Shown one piece after another: positions 16,124 to 28,200 of a stretch of 31,782 bases of DNA. Source of the DNA: a virus (taxonomy: Duplodnaviria; Caudoviricetes). Numbering within the stretch: the first letter of the stretch is position 1; each line of letters opens with the position of its first letter. Made by a program: the position numbers and the translations under genes. Location: positions 1 to 31,782 of IMG/VR virus record IMGVR_UViG_3300005662_007671. One strand, given 5' to 3'. The notes beneath the pieces are model-generated. The model saw only the letters and a list, made by a program, of their open reading frames with translations, made no database searches and was not told the DNA's origin.

Positions 16124-16949
16124 AGAAAAATTAAAAGATATTTTGTCAACACCAACTTACTGTGGTCAAGAACAATATCTCATATCTAAAATAACAAAAT
16201 ATCTTAGCGAAGCTAATTTAGATTATGTTATAGATGAACATGGTAACATTTTCGTTACAAAGGGTGTTGCCGAACATTATCCATGCGTTGTTGCGCACAC
16301 AGATTCTGTACACAGGATTGTTGATATGGATATCCTACACCATCCAGATGAAGATGATATAATATATGCTGTTGAAAGGGGTACAAATAAGCCAACTGGG
16401 TGCGGTGGGGATAATAAAGCGGGTGTTTATGTATGTTTGGAGCTACTTGAGCGTGTAGAGGTCTTAAAAGCCGCTTTTTTCGTATCTGAGGAGTACGGTT
16501 GTTTCGGCTCAACACTAGCCGATGAAGTTTTCTTTGAAGACGTTGGTTATGCGTTACAATTTGACGCGCCCGAAAATGATTGGGTGACCCATTATTGTAA
16601 CGGTGTCAAGTTATTTGACGAAAATGGTGATTTTTATAAAACAATTCAACCAATATTGGAAGATTATATGGGTGATTACACTCTGGGTCGACACCCATAC
16701 ACAGATGTTAGTGTTTTAGGGGCTTTTTACGATTTTTCATGTATAAATTACTCTGTTGGTTACTATAACATGCACTCTGCAAGAGAATATGTTAGTATTA
16801 GTTACGCACAACAAGCCCGAAATATCGCTTTAGAGATGATTTCTTCCCTGGGTAATATAAAGTATCCATTTATTGATGAAAACGTCAGGATCGATAAGGA
16901 AAGGGTTAAAGAAAGGGCTTTAAAATCCCTTAATGGTTTAAGGAAATAA
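16116..16949 (+). CDS. Zn-dependent M20/M28/M42-clan peptidase or amidohydrolase
   Basis: Metal-ligand motifs AHTDSV, GGDNKAG, SEEYGCFGS, QFD, YTD, GYYNMHSAREY. Confidence 0.85.
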   Translation: MSKEKLKDILSTPTYCGQEQYLISKITKYLSEANLDYVIDEHGNIFVTKGVAEHYPCVVAHTDSVHRIVDMDILHHPDEDDIIYAVERGTNKPTGCGGDNKAGVYVCLELLERVEVLKAAFFVSEEYGCFGSTLADEVFFEDVGYALQFDAPENDWVTHYCNGVKLFDENGDFYKTIQPILEDYMGDYTLGRHPYTDVSVLGAFYDFSCINYSVGYYNMHSAREYVSISYAQQARNIALEMISSLGNIKYPFIDENVRIDKERVKERALKSLNGLRK

Positions 16950-16974
16950 AAAAAGGGGCCTAGGCCCCTTTCTT
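16948..16974. terminator. bidirectional terminator between the convergent peptidase and fibre genes
   Basis: Perfect 20-nt palindrome AAAGGGGCCTAGGCCCCTTT (16952-16971) with an A-run on the left, giving a U-tract for the minus strand. Confidence 0.85.
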
Positions 16975-16979
16975 ATTTA

Positions 16980-19900
16980 TTATTTCTTTAACTCTTGAAT
17001 CTCTTTATCGAGGTCTTTTATTGCTTCGATAAGTAATCCAACTAGATTTGAGTAAGCAACCGCTAAGTGCCCATCAGATTCTCTCATTGAGATAACTTCT
17101 GGAACAACTTTTTGAACTTCTTGAGCAATAACACCCATTTTCAACGATTTATCCTCAACATCATTTCTAGTATAGTTAACACCTCTCATACTTCTTACTT
17201 TATTTAAGGCGTCACTGATAGTAACAACATTTTCCTTAACTCTTTGATCCGAGTACGCGATAACATCACCAGACGCGTAGATAGTACCATTGACATCTAA
17301 CGTATATGCTGGCGAGTTATTGTTTATACCAAGTCTAGTATTTGTTATATCAGCTTTCAAGAAGCTAACACTTTGAACAGTTGCTGTACCAGTTGTTCTA
17401 ACTAAGAAGTCAGGTTGGTTCGTGAAAGATCCACCACTGATACCAGATGTTCCGTTAATGGTTTGACCGTTTGTACCAGCATTACCTGAAGTACCGTTTG
17501 TACCGTTTGCCCCAGAAACACCACTAACACCGTTGTTACCACTGTTACCGTTAACACCAGATGTTCCGTTAGTACCAGATGAACCAGAAGCATTTGATCT
17601 ACCTGAAGTACCAGCGTTACCGTTAACACCGTTAGAACCGTTAGTACCAGAAGAACCAGAAACACCGCTGTTTCCGTTAGCACCGTTGTTACCGTTAGCA
17701 CCGTTTGTACCGTTAGAGCCATTCACACCAGAAACACCGCTAACACCGTTGTTACCATTGTTACCGTTGTTACCGTTTGTACCGTTAGAACCATTAGAAC
17801 CAGATACACCGCTTAGGCCGCTATTACCGCTCACACCATTGTTACCACTAGTACCGTTAGTACCGTTAGATCCAGATACACCACTTACACCAGAACCGCC
17901 GCTGTTACCGCTCACACCATTGTTACCAGAGGTACCATTAGAACCGCTTGTTCCTGAAGTTCTAGATAAACCTGAGTTACCAGCATTACCATTAACACCT
18001 GAAGAACCAGATGAACCAGATGAACCAGATACTCCGCTTAAACCAGAGTTACCATTATTACCAGCAACACCGTTTGTACCGTTAGAACCATTAGAACCAG
18101 ATACTCCGCTATTACCGCTATTACCACTAGCTCCGTTGTTACCATTTGTACCATTAGATCCGTTAGAACCAGATACACCGCTTAAACCTGAAGCTCCGTT
18201 GTTACCGTTGTTACCACTAGTACCAGAAGAACCACTTGTACCAGAGGTTCTTGATAAACCAGATACACCAGCAACACCACTAGCACCAGCTGAACCGTTT
18301 GATCCTGAAGAACCAGAAGTACCAGAAGTACCACTACCAGGGGCAGCGCCAGCACCACCACTAACACCATTGTTACCAGTTGTACCGTTAGAACCTGTTG
18401 ATCCAGAAGATCCAGAAGATCTAGATAAACCAGATACACCAGCAGCACCATCATTACCACTAGTACCAGAAGAACCTGAAGAACCAGAAGATCTTGATAT
18501 ACCAGATACACCGTTAGAACCAGCTGTTCCTGAAGAACCCGAAGAACCTGAAGCTCCTGAAGCACCTGGAGCCATGCTCATACCTGAAGTACCAGCCGTA
18601 CCAGTTGATCCCGAAGAACCTGAAGCGCCGCTAGCTCCATTAGCACCGTTGTTACCATTGTTACCGTTTGTACCGTTAGAACCATTAGAACCAGATACAC
18701 CACTTAAACCAGAGTTACCATTATTACCAGCAACACCATTTGAACCAGAAGAACCAGAAGTTCCTGAAGTTCTAGATAAACCTGAATTACCAGCGTTACC
18801 TGAGTTACCCGATGTACCATTTGAGCCAGTAGATCCAGAAGATCCAGATACACCACTCACACCAGAACCACCGTTATTACCAGATATACCGTTTGTACCG
18901 TTAGAACCATTAGAACCAGATACACCTGAGTTACCAGAATTACCAGAGTTACCATTATTACCAGAGGTACCGTTAGATCCGTTAGAACCAGATACACCAC
19001 TTACACCTGAGTTACCACTATTACCAGCAACACCGTTAGAACCGTTTGTACCAGAAGAACCAGAAGAACCTGAAACGGTTGATGTTCCCGAAGGTACTGG
19101 TAAACCACTTGTACCAGCAGTACCAGTTGATCCTGAAGAACCCGAGTTAGCACTCAATCCACTGTTACCAGCGTTACCAGATGAACCATTAGATCCTGAA
19201 GTACCTGAAGTACCTGAAGATTTAGATAAACCACTATTACCAGCAGCACCGTCAGTACCTGAAGAACCAGTCGATCCAGAAGAACCAGAAGTACCTGAAG
19301 ATTTAGATAAACCACTATTACCAGCGTTACCAGTTGTACCACTTGTACCTGTTGATCCAGAAGAACCAGAAGTACCACTACCAGGGGCAGCGCCAGCACC
19401 ACCACTAACACCGTTCATACCGATCGTACCATTAGAACCAGCTGTTCCTGAAGACCCAGAAGAACCTGAATTAGCCGAAGCACCGCTGTTACCAGCATTA
19501 CCTGAAGTACCGTTAGAACCAGCTGTTCCTGAAGAACCCGAAGAACCTGAAGCTCCTGAAGCACCTGGAGCCATGCTCATACCTGAAGTACCAGCGGAAC
19601 CTGTCGATCCTGAAGATCCAGAGGCACCACTAGCCCCATTAGCGCCGTTATTACCACTAGAACCATTAGAACCTGAAGAACCTGATGTACCAGATACCTT
19701 ACTTTGTCCGCTATCACCAGCTAAACCAGTTGTACCCGTAGATCCAGAAGATCCTGAAGAACCACTTACTGTTGAAGCACCATTATTACCAGCAACACCG
19801 TTAGAACCGTTTGTACCAGTCGATCCTGAAGAACCCGAGTTAGCACTCAATCCACTGTTACCAGCGTTACCTGAAGTACCGTTAGAACCTGAGGTTGCTG

Positions 19901-22900
19901 AAGAACCTGAAGAACCACTAAATCCAGATCTTCCTGATGTACCATCACTACCTGAAGAACCAGATGTTCCACTTGTACCAGAAGATTTACTTAAGCCTGA
20001 TTGGCCATCTGTACCAGCAGAACCCGTACTACCAGAAGATCCAGAAGTACCTGAAGATTTAGATAAACCACTATTACCAGCGTTACCAGTTGTACCTGTA
20101 CTACCAGAAGAACCAGATGTTCCTGATGTACCACTCGATGCTGATGCCGCACTATTACCATTATTACCAGCTGTACCATTAGAACCCGAAGATCCTGATG
20201 TACCAGATACCTTACTTTGTCCACTATCACCAGCTAAACCAGTTGTACCAGTTGTACCTGAAGAACCAGAAGATCCTGAATTTGCGCTTAAACCATTATT
20301 ACCAGCAGCACCATTAGAACCGTTTGTACCAGTTGATCCTGAAGATCCGCTTAAAGCTGAAGCCCCACTGTTACCAGCATTACCAGAAGAACCTGATGTA
20401 CCAGAAGAACCTGATGTTCCTGAAGATTTTGATAAACCTGATTGTCCATCTGTTCCAGCGGAACCAGTTGAACCACTTGAACCAGATGTTCCTGAAGATT
20501 TAGATGAAGCGGAAGCTCCACTAACACCATCGGTACCGTTAGAACCAGTTGATCCTGAAGAACCGCTTGTACCTGAAGATCTTGATAAACCTGATCCACC
20601 CGCATTACCTGAAGTACCGTTAGAACCCGTACTACCACTTGATCCACTCAACGCCGAAGCCCCACTATTACCAGCAACACCGTTAGAACCCGAAGTTCCT
20701 GAAGAAGCTGAACTACCCGCAGACCCACTTAAACCAGAAGCACCACTAGTACCAGAAGACCCTGAAGAACCAGATGTTCCTGAAGACCCAGAGGCGTCAC
20801 TTCTACCACTTGTACCACCAGAACCTTGTGAACCGCTTGATCCAGATGTACCTGAAGATTTACTTAAACCTGATTCACCTGCATTAGCTGAAGTACCAGT
20901 AGAACCAGATGTTCCGCTTGTACCAGAAGAAGCTGAAGAACCACTATCGCCAGATTTACCACTCGTACCGTTAGAACCGTTTGTACCAGTCGATCCAGAG
21001 GTTCCTGAAGTCGCTGAAGAAGCTGAAGCACCACTATTACCAGCAGTACCATCGCTACCTTTAGAACCAGAAGTTCCCGAAGAACCTGCTGTACCAGAAG
21101 TAGAAGATATACCACTGTTACCAGCGTTACCATTTGTACCAGTTGATCCTGAAGAACCACTTGTACCAGAAGATTTACTTAAACCAGATTGACCGTCTGT
21201 ACCAGCAGAACCTGTGCTACCAGAAGAACCACTTGTCCCTGAAGACTTACTCAAACCAGATTGACCATCTGTTCCTGAAGAACCTGTGCTACCAGAAGAA
21301 CCACTTGTTCCTGATGTTTTAGATAAACCTGAGTTACCAGCATTACCACTTGTACCAGCAGTACCCGTAGAACCAGAAGAACCAGAAGTGGCTGATGAAC
21401 CAGCTGAGCCAGATAAACCTGATTGACCATTAGAGCCGTTTGTACCAGCCGATCCTGAAGAACCAGAAGAAGCTGAAGTTCCTGAAGAAGCTGAAGCACC
21501 GCTATTACCAGCAGTACCATCGCTACCTTTAGAACCTGATGTACCACTTGAACCAGCAGTACCTGATGTAGAAGATATACCGCTATTACCAGCAGCGCCA
21601 GAGGTACCATTTGTACCTGTTGATCCTGAGGAACCTGAAGTACCTGAAGATTTTGATAAACCTGATTGGCCATCACTACCAGCGGTACCTGTTGACCCCG
21701 AAGAGCCAGAAGAGCCAGAAGATTTAGATAAGCCGCTATTACCGTCAGTTCCTGAAGTACCTGTTGAACCGCTTGTACCTGAAGATTTAGACAAACCACT
21801 ATTACCTGCGTTACCTGAAGTACCATTTGAACCAGCAGAACCAGATGTACCACTTGTTGCTGAAGAACCAGCAGAACCAGATAAACTTGATTGACCAGCA
21901 GTACCAGCCGATCCTGAAGAACCAGAAGTACCTGATGTACCCGAAGACGCCGAAACATTTGAAGCACCTGTTGATCCAGCGGTACCAGTTGATCCAGAAG
22001 AACCCGATGTACCTGAAGATTTAGATAAACCACTATTACCAGCATTACCTGAAGTACCGTTTGTACCAGTAGATCCAGATGAACCTGAGGTTGCAGAACT
22101 ACCAGATGAACCACTAAGAGCAGAACCACCCGCAGAACCGTTTGTACCAGTTGATCCAGAAGAACCAGATGTACCTGAAGTTCCCGAGCTTGCACTTAGT
22201 GAAGAAGAACCTATTGTACCAGCAGTTCCTGTTGAACCAGATGAGCCACTTGTACCTGAAGATTTACTTAAACCTGATTGGCCATCAGTTCCTGTGCTAC
22301 CAGAAGAACCAGAAGTTGCTGATGAACCAGACGCTGCTGATCTACCAGAAGAACCTTCAGTACCAGAAGAACCTGATGAACCAGATGTTCCTGATGTTCC
22401 TGAAGATTTTGATAAACCTGATTGTCCATCTGTTCCAGCAGAACCAGTTGAACCGCTTGAACCAGATGTTCCTGAAGATTTACTTAAACCACTATTACCG
22501 TCAGTACCAGATGTTCCTGTAGAACCACTTGTACCAGAAGATTTACTTAGACCTGAATTACCCGCGTTACCCGAAGTACCATTTGAACCTGTTGATCCTG
22601 ATGTACCAGAAGTTGCTGATGAACCAGCTGAACCAGATAACCCCGATTGGCCAGCAGTACCAGCCGATCCTGAAGAACCAGAAGAAGCTGAAGTTCCTGA
22701 AGAAGCTGAAGCACCGCTATTACCAGCAGTACCATCGCTACCTTTAGAACCTGAAGTTCCTGAAGAACCTGAAGTTCCTGATGTGGAAGATATACCACTA
22801 TTACCAGCAGCACCATTAGAACCGTTAGATCCTGTTGAACCTGATGTACCACTTGTTGCTGAAGACCCACTATTACCAGCGGCACCTGAAGTACCGTTAG

Positions 22901-25136
22901 AACCAGTAGAACCAGAAGATCCGCTTGTCGCTGAAGAACCGCTGTTACCAGCCGAACCAGCGGTACCCGTTGATCCTGAAGTACCAGAAGACCCACTTGT
23001 ACCAGAAGATTTACTCAAACCTGATTGACCGTCAGTTCCCGAAGTACCAGAAGACCCACTTGTACCAGAAGATTTACTCAACCCACTATTACCAGCATTA
23101 CCTGAAGTACCGTTTGTACCAGTTGATCCAGATGAGCCACTTGTTCCTGAAGAAGCTGACACATTTGAAGATCCCGCTGAACCAGCTGTTCCTGTTGATC
23201 CAGAAGAACCACTTGTTCCTGAAGTAGCTGAACTACCAGCAGAACCTGATAAACCTGATTGGCCATTTGATCCAGCAGAACCTGATGTACCAGAAGTTGC
23301 TGAAGAACCCGCAGAACCACTTAACGCTGAGGCGCCAGAGGTACCATTTGTACCAGTTGATCCAGAAGAACCAGATGTTCCTGAAGTACCCGAAGAATTT
23401 GACGCATTTGAAGAACCAGCCGAACCAGCGGTACCCGTTGAACCGCTTGTACCTGATGTACCAGAAGATTTAGACAAACCACTATTACCGTCAGTACCTG
23501 ATGTACCAGTTGACCCTGATGTACCTGAAGATTTTGATAAACCACTGTTACCAGCATTACCTGAAGTACCATTAGATCCTGTTGATCCTGAAGTACCACT
23601 TGTTGCTGATGAACCGCTAGATGAACTTAAACCCGCAGAACCACTTGTACCTGAAGACCCCGAAGATGCACTTGATCCAGATGTACCTGAAGTTCCTGAA
23701 GAACCCGCAGAACCACTTAGACCCGCTGATCCTGAAGTACCAGTTGAACCGCTAGACCCAGACGTTCCTGATGAAGCCGAGGCATTTGATGAACCCGCTG
23801 TTCCAGCGGAACCTGTTGAACCTGAAGATCCACTAGATCCAGACGTTCCTGATGATTTTGATAAGCTTGATTGGCCATCAGTACCACTTGTTCCTGTAGA
23901 ACCAGAAGAACCAGATGTTCCAGAGGATTTAGACAAACCACTATTACCTGCGTTACCTGAAGTACCGTTTGTACCAGTCGATCCAGAAGAACCTGAGGTT
24001 GCTGAAGACCCACTCAAGGCTGAAGATCCGCTTGTACCCGCAGAACCTGAAGTTGCCGATGAACCAGAAGATGCTGATGCGCCCGCAGAACCAGACGATC
24101 CAGATGTACCTGAGGTTGCAGAACTACCACTGTTACCCGATTGTCCGTTTGATCCACTTGTTCCTGAAGAACCAGCTGATCCACTTGTTGCTGAAGAACC
24201 AGCTGACCCAGATAATCCTGACTGACCGTTTGAGCCAGCAGTACCTGTTGAACCACTAGTACCTGATGTACCAGAAGATGCTGAAGCATTTGATGATCCA
24301 GCAGTACCTGAAGTACCAGTACTACCACTAGAACCTGAAGTCCCCGAAGACTTACTCAAACCTGATTGACCGTCTGTACCAGTTGATCCCGAAGAACCAC
24401 TTGTTGCTGAAGAACCTGAAGCCGCAGATCTACCCGATGAACCTTCTGATCCAGATGAACCCGCTGATCCACTTGTCGCTGAAGAACCCGCAGATCCGCT
24501 TAAACCTGATAAACCAGCTGATCCCGCGGATCCAGAAGAACCTGAAGTTCCTGATGATTTTGACAAACCAGATTGACCATCTGTACCAGCAGAACCAGTT
24601 GAACCGCTTGTACCTGATGTACCAGAAGATGCTGAAGCATTTGATGATCCAGCGGATCCAGCGGTGCCTGTTGATCCAGATGAACCACTTGTACCTGAAG
24701 AATTACTACCACCTGAAGCACCAGCTGTGCCAGTAGAACCAGAAGAACCGCTTGTACCCGAGCTAGCGCTTAAAGCTGAAGACCCGATTGTACCTGAAGT
24801 ACCTGTTGAACCTGAGGAACCAGATGTTCCTGAAGATTTTGATAAACCTGATTGACCATCAGTACCAGTTGAGCCTGATGTACCTGAAGATCCAGAGGTT
24901 TTGCTTAGACCACTACCACCAGTGGTTCCAGTTGTCCCTGAAGACGCAGAAGATCCAGAGGTACCACTTAAACCAGAAACCCCTGATGTTCCCGTAGTAC
25001 CCGCTGTCCCTGATGTTAATGATGTGTAGGTGAATTCACCCGATGCTGGATCAAATGAAACGTAGTGTGAAGGAGATAAATTCTCATCCACATTTTTTCC
25101 AAAAATACCACTTCTTATAATGTGTTCGTTTGCCAT
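16980..25136 (-). CDS. giant Gly-Xaa-Ser/Thr repeat fibre protein (2718 aa) with C-terminal peptidase S74 intramolecular chaperone
   Basis: About 42 aa unique N-terminus, about 2500 aa of triplet repeats, then [36 protein letters not shown]...[15 protein letters not shown]...[17 protein letters not shown], the S74 autocleavage signature (Ser codon at 17250-17252). Confidence 0.88.
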   Translation of the reverse strand: MANEHIIRSGIFGKNVDENLSPSHYVSFDPASGEFTYTSLTSGTAGTTGTSGVSGLSGTSGSSASSGTTGTTGGSGLSKTSGSSGTSGSTGTDGQSGLSKSSGTSGSSGSTGTSGTIGSSALSASSGTSGSSGSTGTAGASGGSNSSGTSGSSGSTGTAGSAGSSNASASSGTSGTSGSTGSAGTDGQSGLSKSSGTSGSSGSAGSAGLSGLSGSAGSSATSGSAGSSGSEGSSGRSAASGSSATSGSSGSTGTDGQSGLSKSSGTSGSSGSTGTSGTAGSSNASASSGTSGTSGSTGTAGSNGQSGLSGSAGSSATSGSAGSSGTSGSNGQSGNSGSSATSGTSGSSGSAGASASSGSSATSGSAGTSGSSALSGSSATSGSSGSTGTNGTSGNAGNSGLSKSSGTSGSSGSTGTSGTDGQSSLSKSSGTSGSSGSSGSTGSAGTAGSSNASASSGTSGSSGSTGTSGSAGLSGSAGSSGTSGTSGSSASSGSSGTSGSAGLSSSSGSSATSGTSGSTGSNGTSGNAGNSGLSKSSGTSGSTGTSGTDGNSGLSKSSGTSGTSGSTGTAGSAGSSNASNSSGTSGTSGSSGSTGTNGTSGASALSGSAGSSATSGTSGSAGSNGQSGLSGSAGSSATSGTSGSSGSTGTAGSAGSSNVSASSGTSGSSGSTGTNGTSGNAGNSGLSKSSGTSGSSGTSGTDGQSGLSKSSGTSGSSGTSGSTGTAGSAGNSGSSATSGSSGSTGSNGTSGAAGNSGSSATSGTSGSTGSNGSNGAAGNSGISSTSGTSGSSGTSGSKGSDGTAGNSGASASSGTSASSGSSGSAGTAGQSGLSGSAGSSATSGTSGSTGSNGTSGNAGNSGLSKSSGTSGSTGTSGTDGNSGLSKSSGTSGSSGSTGSAGTDGQSGLSKSSGTSGTSGSSGSSGTEGSSGRSAASGSSATSGSSGSTGTDGQSGLSKSSGTSGSSGSTGTAGTIGSSSLSASSGTSGTSGSSGSTGTNGSAGGSALSGSSGSSATSGSSGSTGTNGTSGNAGNSGLSKSSGTSGSSGSTGTAGSTGASNVSASSGTSGTSGSSGSAGTAGQSSLSGSAGSSATSGTSGSAGSNGTSGNAGNSGLSKSSGTSGSTGTSGTDGNSGLSKSSGSSGSSGSTGTAGSDGQSGLSKSSGTSGSSGSTGTNGTSGAAGNSGISSTSGTAGSSGTSGSKGSDGTAGNSGASASSGTSASSGSSGSAGTNGSNGQSGLSGSAGSSATSGSSGSTGTAGTSGNAGNSGLSKTSGTSGSSGSTGSSGTDGQSGLSKSSGTSGSSGSTGSAGTDGQSGLSKSSGTSGSSGSTGTNGNAGNSGISSTSGTAGSSGTSGSKGSDGTAGNSGASASSATSGTSGSTGTNGSNGTSGKSGDSGSSASSGTSGTSGSTGTSANAGESGLSKSSGTSGSSGSQGSGGTSGRSDASGSSGTSGSSGSSGTSGASGLSGSAGSSASSGTSGSNGVAGNSGASALSGSSGSTGSNGTSGNAGGSGLSRSSGTSGSSGSTGSNGTDGVSGASASSKSSGTSGSSGSTGSAGTDGQSGLSKSSGTSGSSGTSGSSGNAGNSGASALSGSSGSTGTNGSNGAAGNNGLSANSGSSGSSGTTGTTGLAGDSGQSKVSGTSGSSGSNGTAGNNGNSAASASSGTSGTSGSSGSTGTTGNAGNSGLSKSSGTSGSSGSTGSAGTDGQSGLSKSSGTSGTSGSSGSDGTSGRSGFSGSSGSSATSGSNGTSGNAGNSGLSANSGSSGSTGTNGSNGVAGNNGASTVSGSSGSSGSTGTTGLAGDSGQSKVSGTSGSSGSNGSSGNNGANGASGASGSSGSTGSAGTSGMSMAPGASGASGSSGSSGTAGSNGTSGNAGNSGASANSGSSGSSGTAGSNGTIGMNGVSGGAGAAPGSGTSGSSGSTGTSGTTGNAGNSGLSKSSGTSGSSGSTGSSGTDGAAGNSGLSKSSGTSGTSGSNGSSGNAGNSGLSANSGSSGSTGTAGTSGLPVPSGTSTVSGSSGSSGTNGSNGVAGNSGNSGVSGVSGSNGSNGTSGNNGNSGNSGNSGVSGSNGSNGTNGISGNNGGSGVSGVSGSSGSTGSNGTSGNSGNAGNSGLSRTSGTSGSSGSNGVAGNNGNSGLSGVSGSNGSNGTNGNNGNNGANGASGASGSSGSTGTAGTSGMSMAPGASGASGSSGSSGTAGSNGVSGISRSSGSSGSSGTSGNDGAAGVSGLSRSSGSSGSTGSNGTTGNNGVSGGAGAAPGSGTSGTSGSSGSNGSAGASGVAGVSGLSRTSGTSGSSGTSGNNGNNGASGLSGVSGSNGSNGTNGNNGASGNSGNSGVSGSNGSNGTNGVAGNNGNSGLSGVSGSSGSSGSSGVNGNAGNSGLSRTSGTSGSNGTSGNNGVSGNSGGSGVSGVSGSNGTNGTSGNNGVSGNSGLSGVSGSNGSNGTNGNNGNNGNNGVSGVSGVNGSNGTNGANGNNGANGNSGVSGSSGTNGSNGVNGNAGTSGRSNASGSSGTNGTSGVNGNSGNNGVSGVSGANGTNGTSGNAGTNGQTINGTSGISGGSFTNQPDFLVRTTGTATVQSVSFLKADITNTRLGINNNSPAYTLDVNGTIYASGDVIAYSDQRVKENVVTISDALNKVRSMRGVNYTRNDVEDKSLKMGVIAQEVQKVVPEVISMRESDGHLAVAYSNLVGLLIEAIKDLDKEIQELKK
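17431..25010 (-). repeat. coding low-complexity 9-nt-period repeat (G-x-S/T/N) with internal block duplications
   Basis: For example 87 nt identical at 18510-18596 and 19509-19595, and 98 nt identical at 21442-21539 and 22657-22754. Confidence 0.9.
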
Positions 25137-25162
25137 TTTGCGTTCTTAAATTATTACTTATC

Positions 25163-25170
25163 TATAAATA
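25163..25170 (-). promoter_or_regulatory. putative phage late promoter motif TATTTATA (reads TATAAATA on +)
   Basis: 26 nt upstream of the minus-strand ATG at 25136, between the two fibre genes. Confidence 0.55.
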
Positions 25171-25204
25171 TATTTTTTAGTTAAAAAACACCCGTATTAT
25201 TAAA

Positions 25205-28200
25205 TTAAACTCTAATTAATTTTATACTAAATGTTATATTGTATGATGACCCATCACCGTTGTTAGCTAACAATCTAAAATCAGTACCAGAAATATCTGT
25301 AAGTAATCTTATACCGCTCGTTGACCCACCAATATCGGCTGTTGAAGTTTCGTCATATACAGTGTTTCCACCTGTGTGGGTTGACCTTAATGTGCCAGCT
25401 CTAAACCCACCACTAGTAACGTTCTCAATCACATAATCAACAAACATACCCAGCACATTATTAGGGCTATTATCGATCACTTTCAATGGTGTTACACCCG
25501 ATGAAGTAGATGTTGCTTTATCCGATAACATCATCGAATATAAACCTAACCCCAACGCGTTATGTGTTGAATCGTAAGTAAAGTCAGTGAGTACTTCAAA
25601 TCTGTTATTAGCCGCATCCCAAATAAACACACCGTTTTGTGTTGAACCGTTAATATCAAGACCGACTGTTACATCAGATGATAAAGCACCACCACCAGTT
25701 ACTGGTGCAGTTACATTAACGTTAACGTAAGTACCGTTTGTACCAACATTACCACTTATACCAGATGTACCCGCAGAACCACTAGATCCAGATGTACCAG
25801 AAGAACCAGATAATGAACTACCACCATAAGTACCACCAGATCCAGATGTACCTGATGAACCTGACGTACCTGAAGATGCACTTAAAGCAGATGCTCCGAT
25901 TGTACCAGCGGTACCTGTGCTACCAGAAGAACCAGATGTTCCTGAAGACCCAGAGGCGTCACTTCTACCACTTGTACCACCAGAACCTTGTGAACCGCTT
26001 GAGCCTGATGTTCCTGAAGTTGCTGATGCTGCGCTATTACCAGCGATACCAGCAGTACCTGTAGATCCAGTAGAACCAGATGTACCCGAAGATCCTGAAG
26101 TACCAGATACCTTACTTTGTCCACTATCACCAGCTAAACCAGTTGTACCCGTAGATCCAGAAGATCCTGAAGTACCTGAAGAAGCACTTAATGATGACGA
26201 ACCAATAGTACCATTTGTACCAGTCGACCCAGAAGAACCTGACGTACCTGAAGAAGCACTTAAAGCTGAAGAACCTGACGTACCTGAAGTGGCTGATGAA
26301 CCTGAAGTACCCGCAGAACCTGACGTACCTGAAGATAAGGAGCTACCGCTAGTACCAGCTGTACCAGTTGAACCGCTTGTTGCTGATGAACCACTAGAGC
26401 CACTCAACGCTGAAAGACCTGAAGTACCAGCTGTACCTGTGGATCCACTAGAACCACTTGTACCAGAACTTGCGCTTAAAGCCGAAGACCCAATTGTACC
26501 AGAAGAACCCGTACTACCAGATGTTCCTGAAGAACCTGAAGTACCAGATACCTTACTTTGTCCACTATCACCAGCCATACCAGTTGTACCAGTTGTACCT
26601 GAAGACCCAGATGTTCCTGAAGAAGCACTTAATGATGATGAACCAATAGTACCATTTGTACCCGTAGATCCAGATGAACCTGAAGTACCTGAAGAAGCTG
26701 AAGAACCGCTTAACGCTGATGTACCAGACGTACCAGTTGATCCAGATGTTCCTGAAGTTGCTGAAGAACCCGAAGTACCCGCAGAACCTGAAGTACCTGA
26801 AGATAAAGAGTTACCACTTGTACCAGCGGTACCTGTTGATCCAGATGAACCACTTGTTGCTGAAGAACCAGAAGCTGCTGATCTACCAGAAGAACCTTCA
26901 GTACCAGAAGAACCTGAAGAACCAGACGTTCCTGATGTGCCTGAAGACGAACTTAACGCTGAAGCGCCACTAGTACCATTTGTACCAGTACTACCAGAAG
27001 AACCACTTGTTCCTGAAGAAGCTGAAGCATTTGATGAACCCGCTGTACCAGCAGAACCTGTTGAACCTGAGGAACCAGATGTTCCAGAAGAACCAGATGT
27101 CCCACTTAATGCTGATGAACCAGATGTACCTGTACTACCAGATGTTCCTGAAGAACCAGATGTTGCTGATGAACTAGAACCACCTGAAGATCCAGCGGTA
27201 CCTGTTGATCCTGATGTACCAGATAAACCGCTAGTACCATTTACACCACTAACACCATCAATACCAGTTGTACCAGATGTACCAGATGAACCAGAAGTTC
27301 CTGAAGACCTAGAAAGTGCTGATGAACCAATAGTACCATTTGTACCAGTCGACCCAGAAGAACCAGATGTCCCTGAAGATGCTGAAGACCCAGCTAAAGC
27401 TGAAGACCCAGATGTTCCAGATGACCCAGATGTTCCCGAAGATCCAGCTAACGCTGATGTGCCAGACGTACCAGTTGAACCACTTGTACCCGAACTTGCT
27501 GAAGAACCAGATGTTCCTGAAGAAGCTGATAACCCAGATGAACCTGACGTACCAGTTGACCCAGATGAACCTGAAGTTGCTGAAGAACCAGACGCTGCTG
27601 ATAAACCAGATGAACCTTCAGTACCAGAAGATGCTGATGAACCACTAGTACCTGATGTACCCGAAGATGCGCTTAAACCAGATAGACCAGATGAACCATT
27701 CGTACCAGTAGATCCTGAAGATCCGCTAGTACCAGATGTACCACTTGAACCACTACCCAAAGAAACACAGAACTCCAATACCATAGGTGTACCTGGTGCG
27801 GGTGAAGCGTCCGCTGGTCCTGAAACGAATGATACGTTAAATACGTGGTAACTACCAGAGTCTGAGTTAGACAATATAGTATAAATGTAACCATTAATTG
27901 TTATTTGAGATCCAGCGGAAAGTGCATCTAATGCCGCATCGCGATCTATATTACCACCATCCGTGTCACTTATTTTAATACTAGTAACAAAACTACCCAA
28001 TGAACCGTTTTGACTAATTAACTCGCCGTTATTTGGCCCCAAATCTGGGTCAAACGACCAAACATATTCTAATGAGAAACAACCCAAACCAGATATACCA
28101 GACGTACCAACAGAACCTGAAGATCCACTTGAACCTGAGGTTGCTGAAGATGCTGAATCACCACTCTCACCACTTGTACCAGTAGAACCAGAAGACCCAC

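Noticed and set aside
928-16515. Short overlapping or antisense ORFs inside head and GT genes (e.g. 1295-1603, 2269-2748, 2752-3084, 6211-6864, 10654-11010, 16255-16515)
   Set aside because: They overlap well-supported genes or a terminator, show mirror-image composition and have no motifs.
1-16949. Stop-codon reassignment as in some large Bacteroidota phages
   Set aside because: Full-length genes tile the region under the standard code, and TGA serves as a stop at 3845 and 12679. TAG is not seen as a stop in the called genes, but no gene is interrupted by it either.
17533-21192. 1219-aa plus-strand ORF rich in Pro/Glu/Leu/Val (also 22294-23028 and 25917-27851)
   Set aside because: Antisense shadow of the Gly/Ser repeat: GGN codons give CC-rich antisense codons and few stops. 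It has no unique domain or plausible start context, while the minus-strand frame has a promoter motif, a terminator and an S74 domain.
19687-26172. Diversity-generating retroelement template/variable repeat pair
   Set aside because: The shared blocks lie in repeat shafts, are essentially identical with no adenine-specific pattern, and no reverse transcriptase is present in the window.
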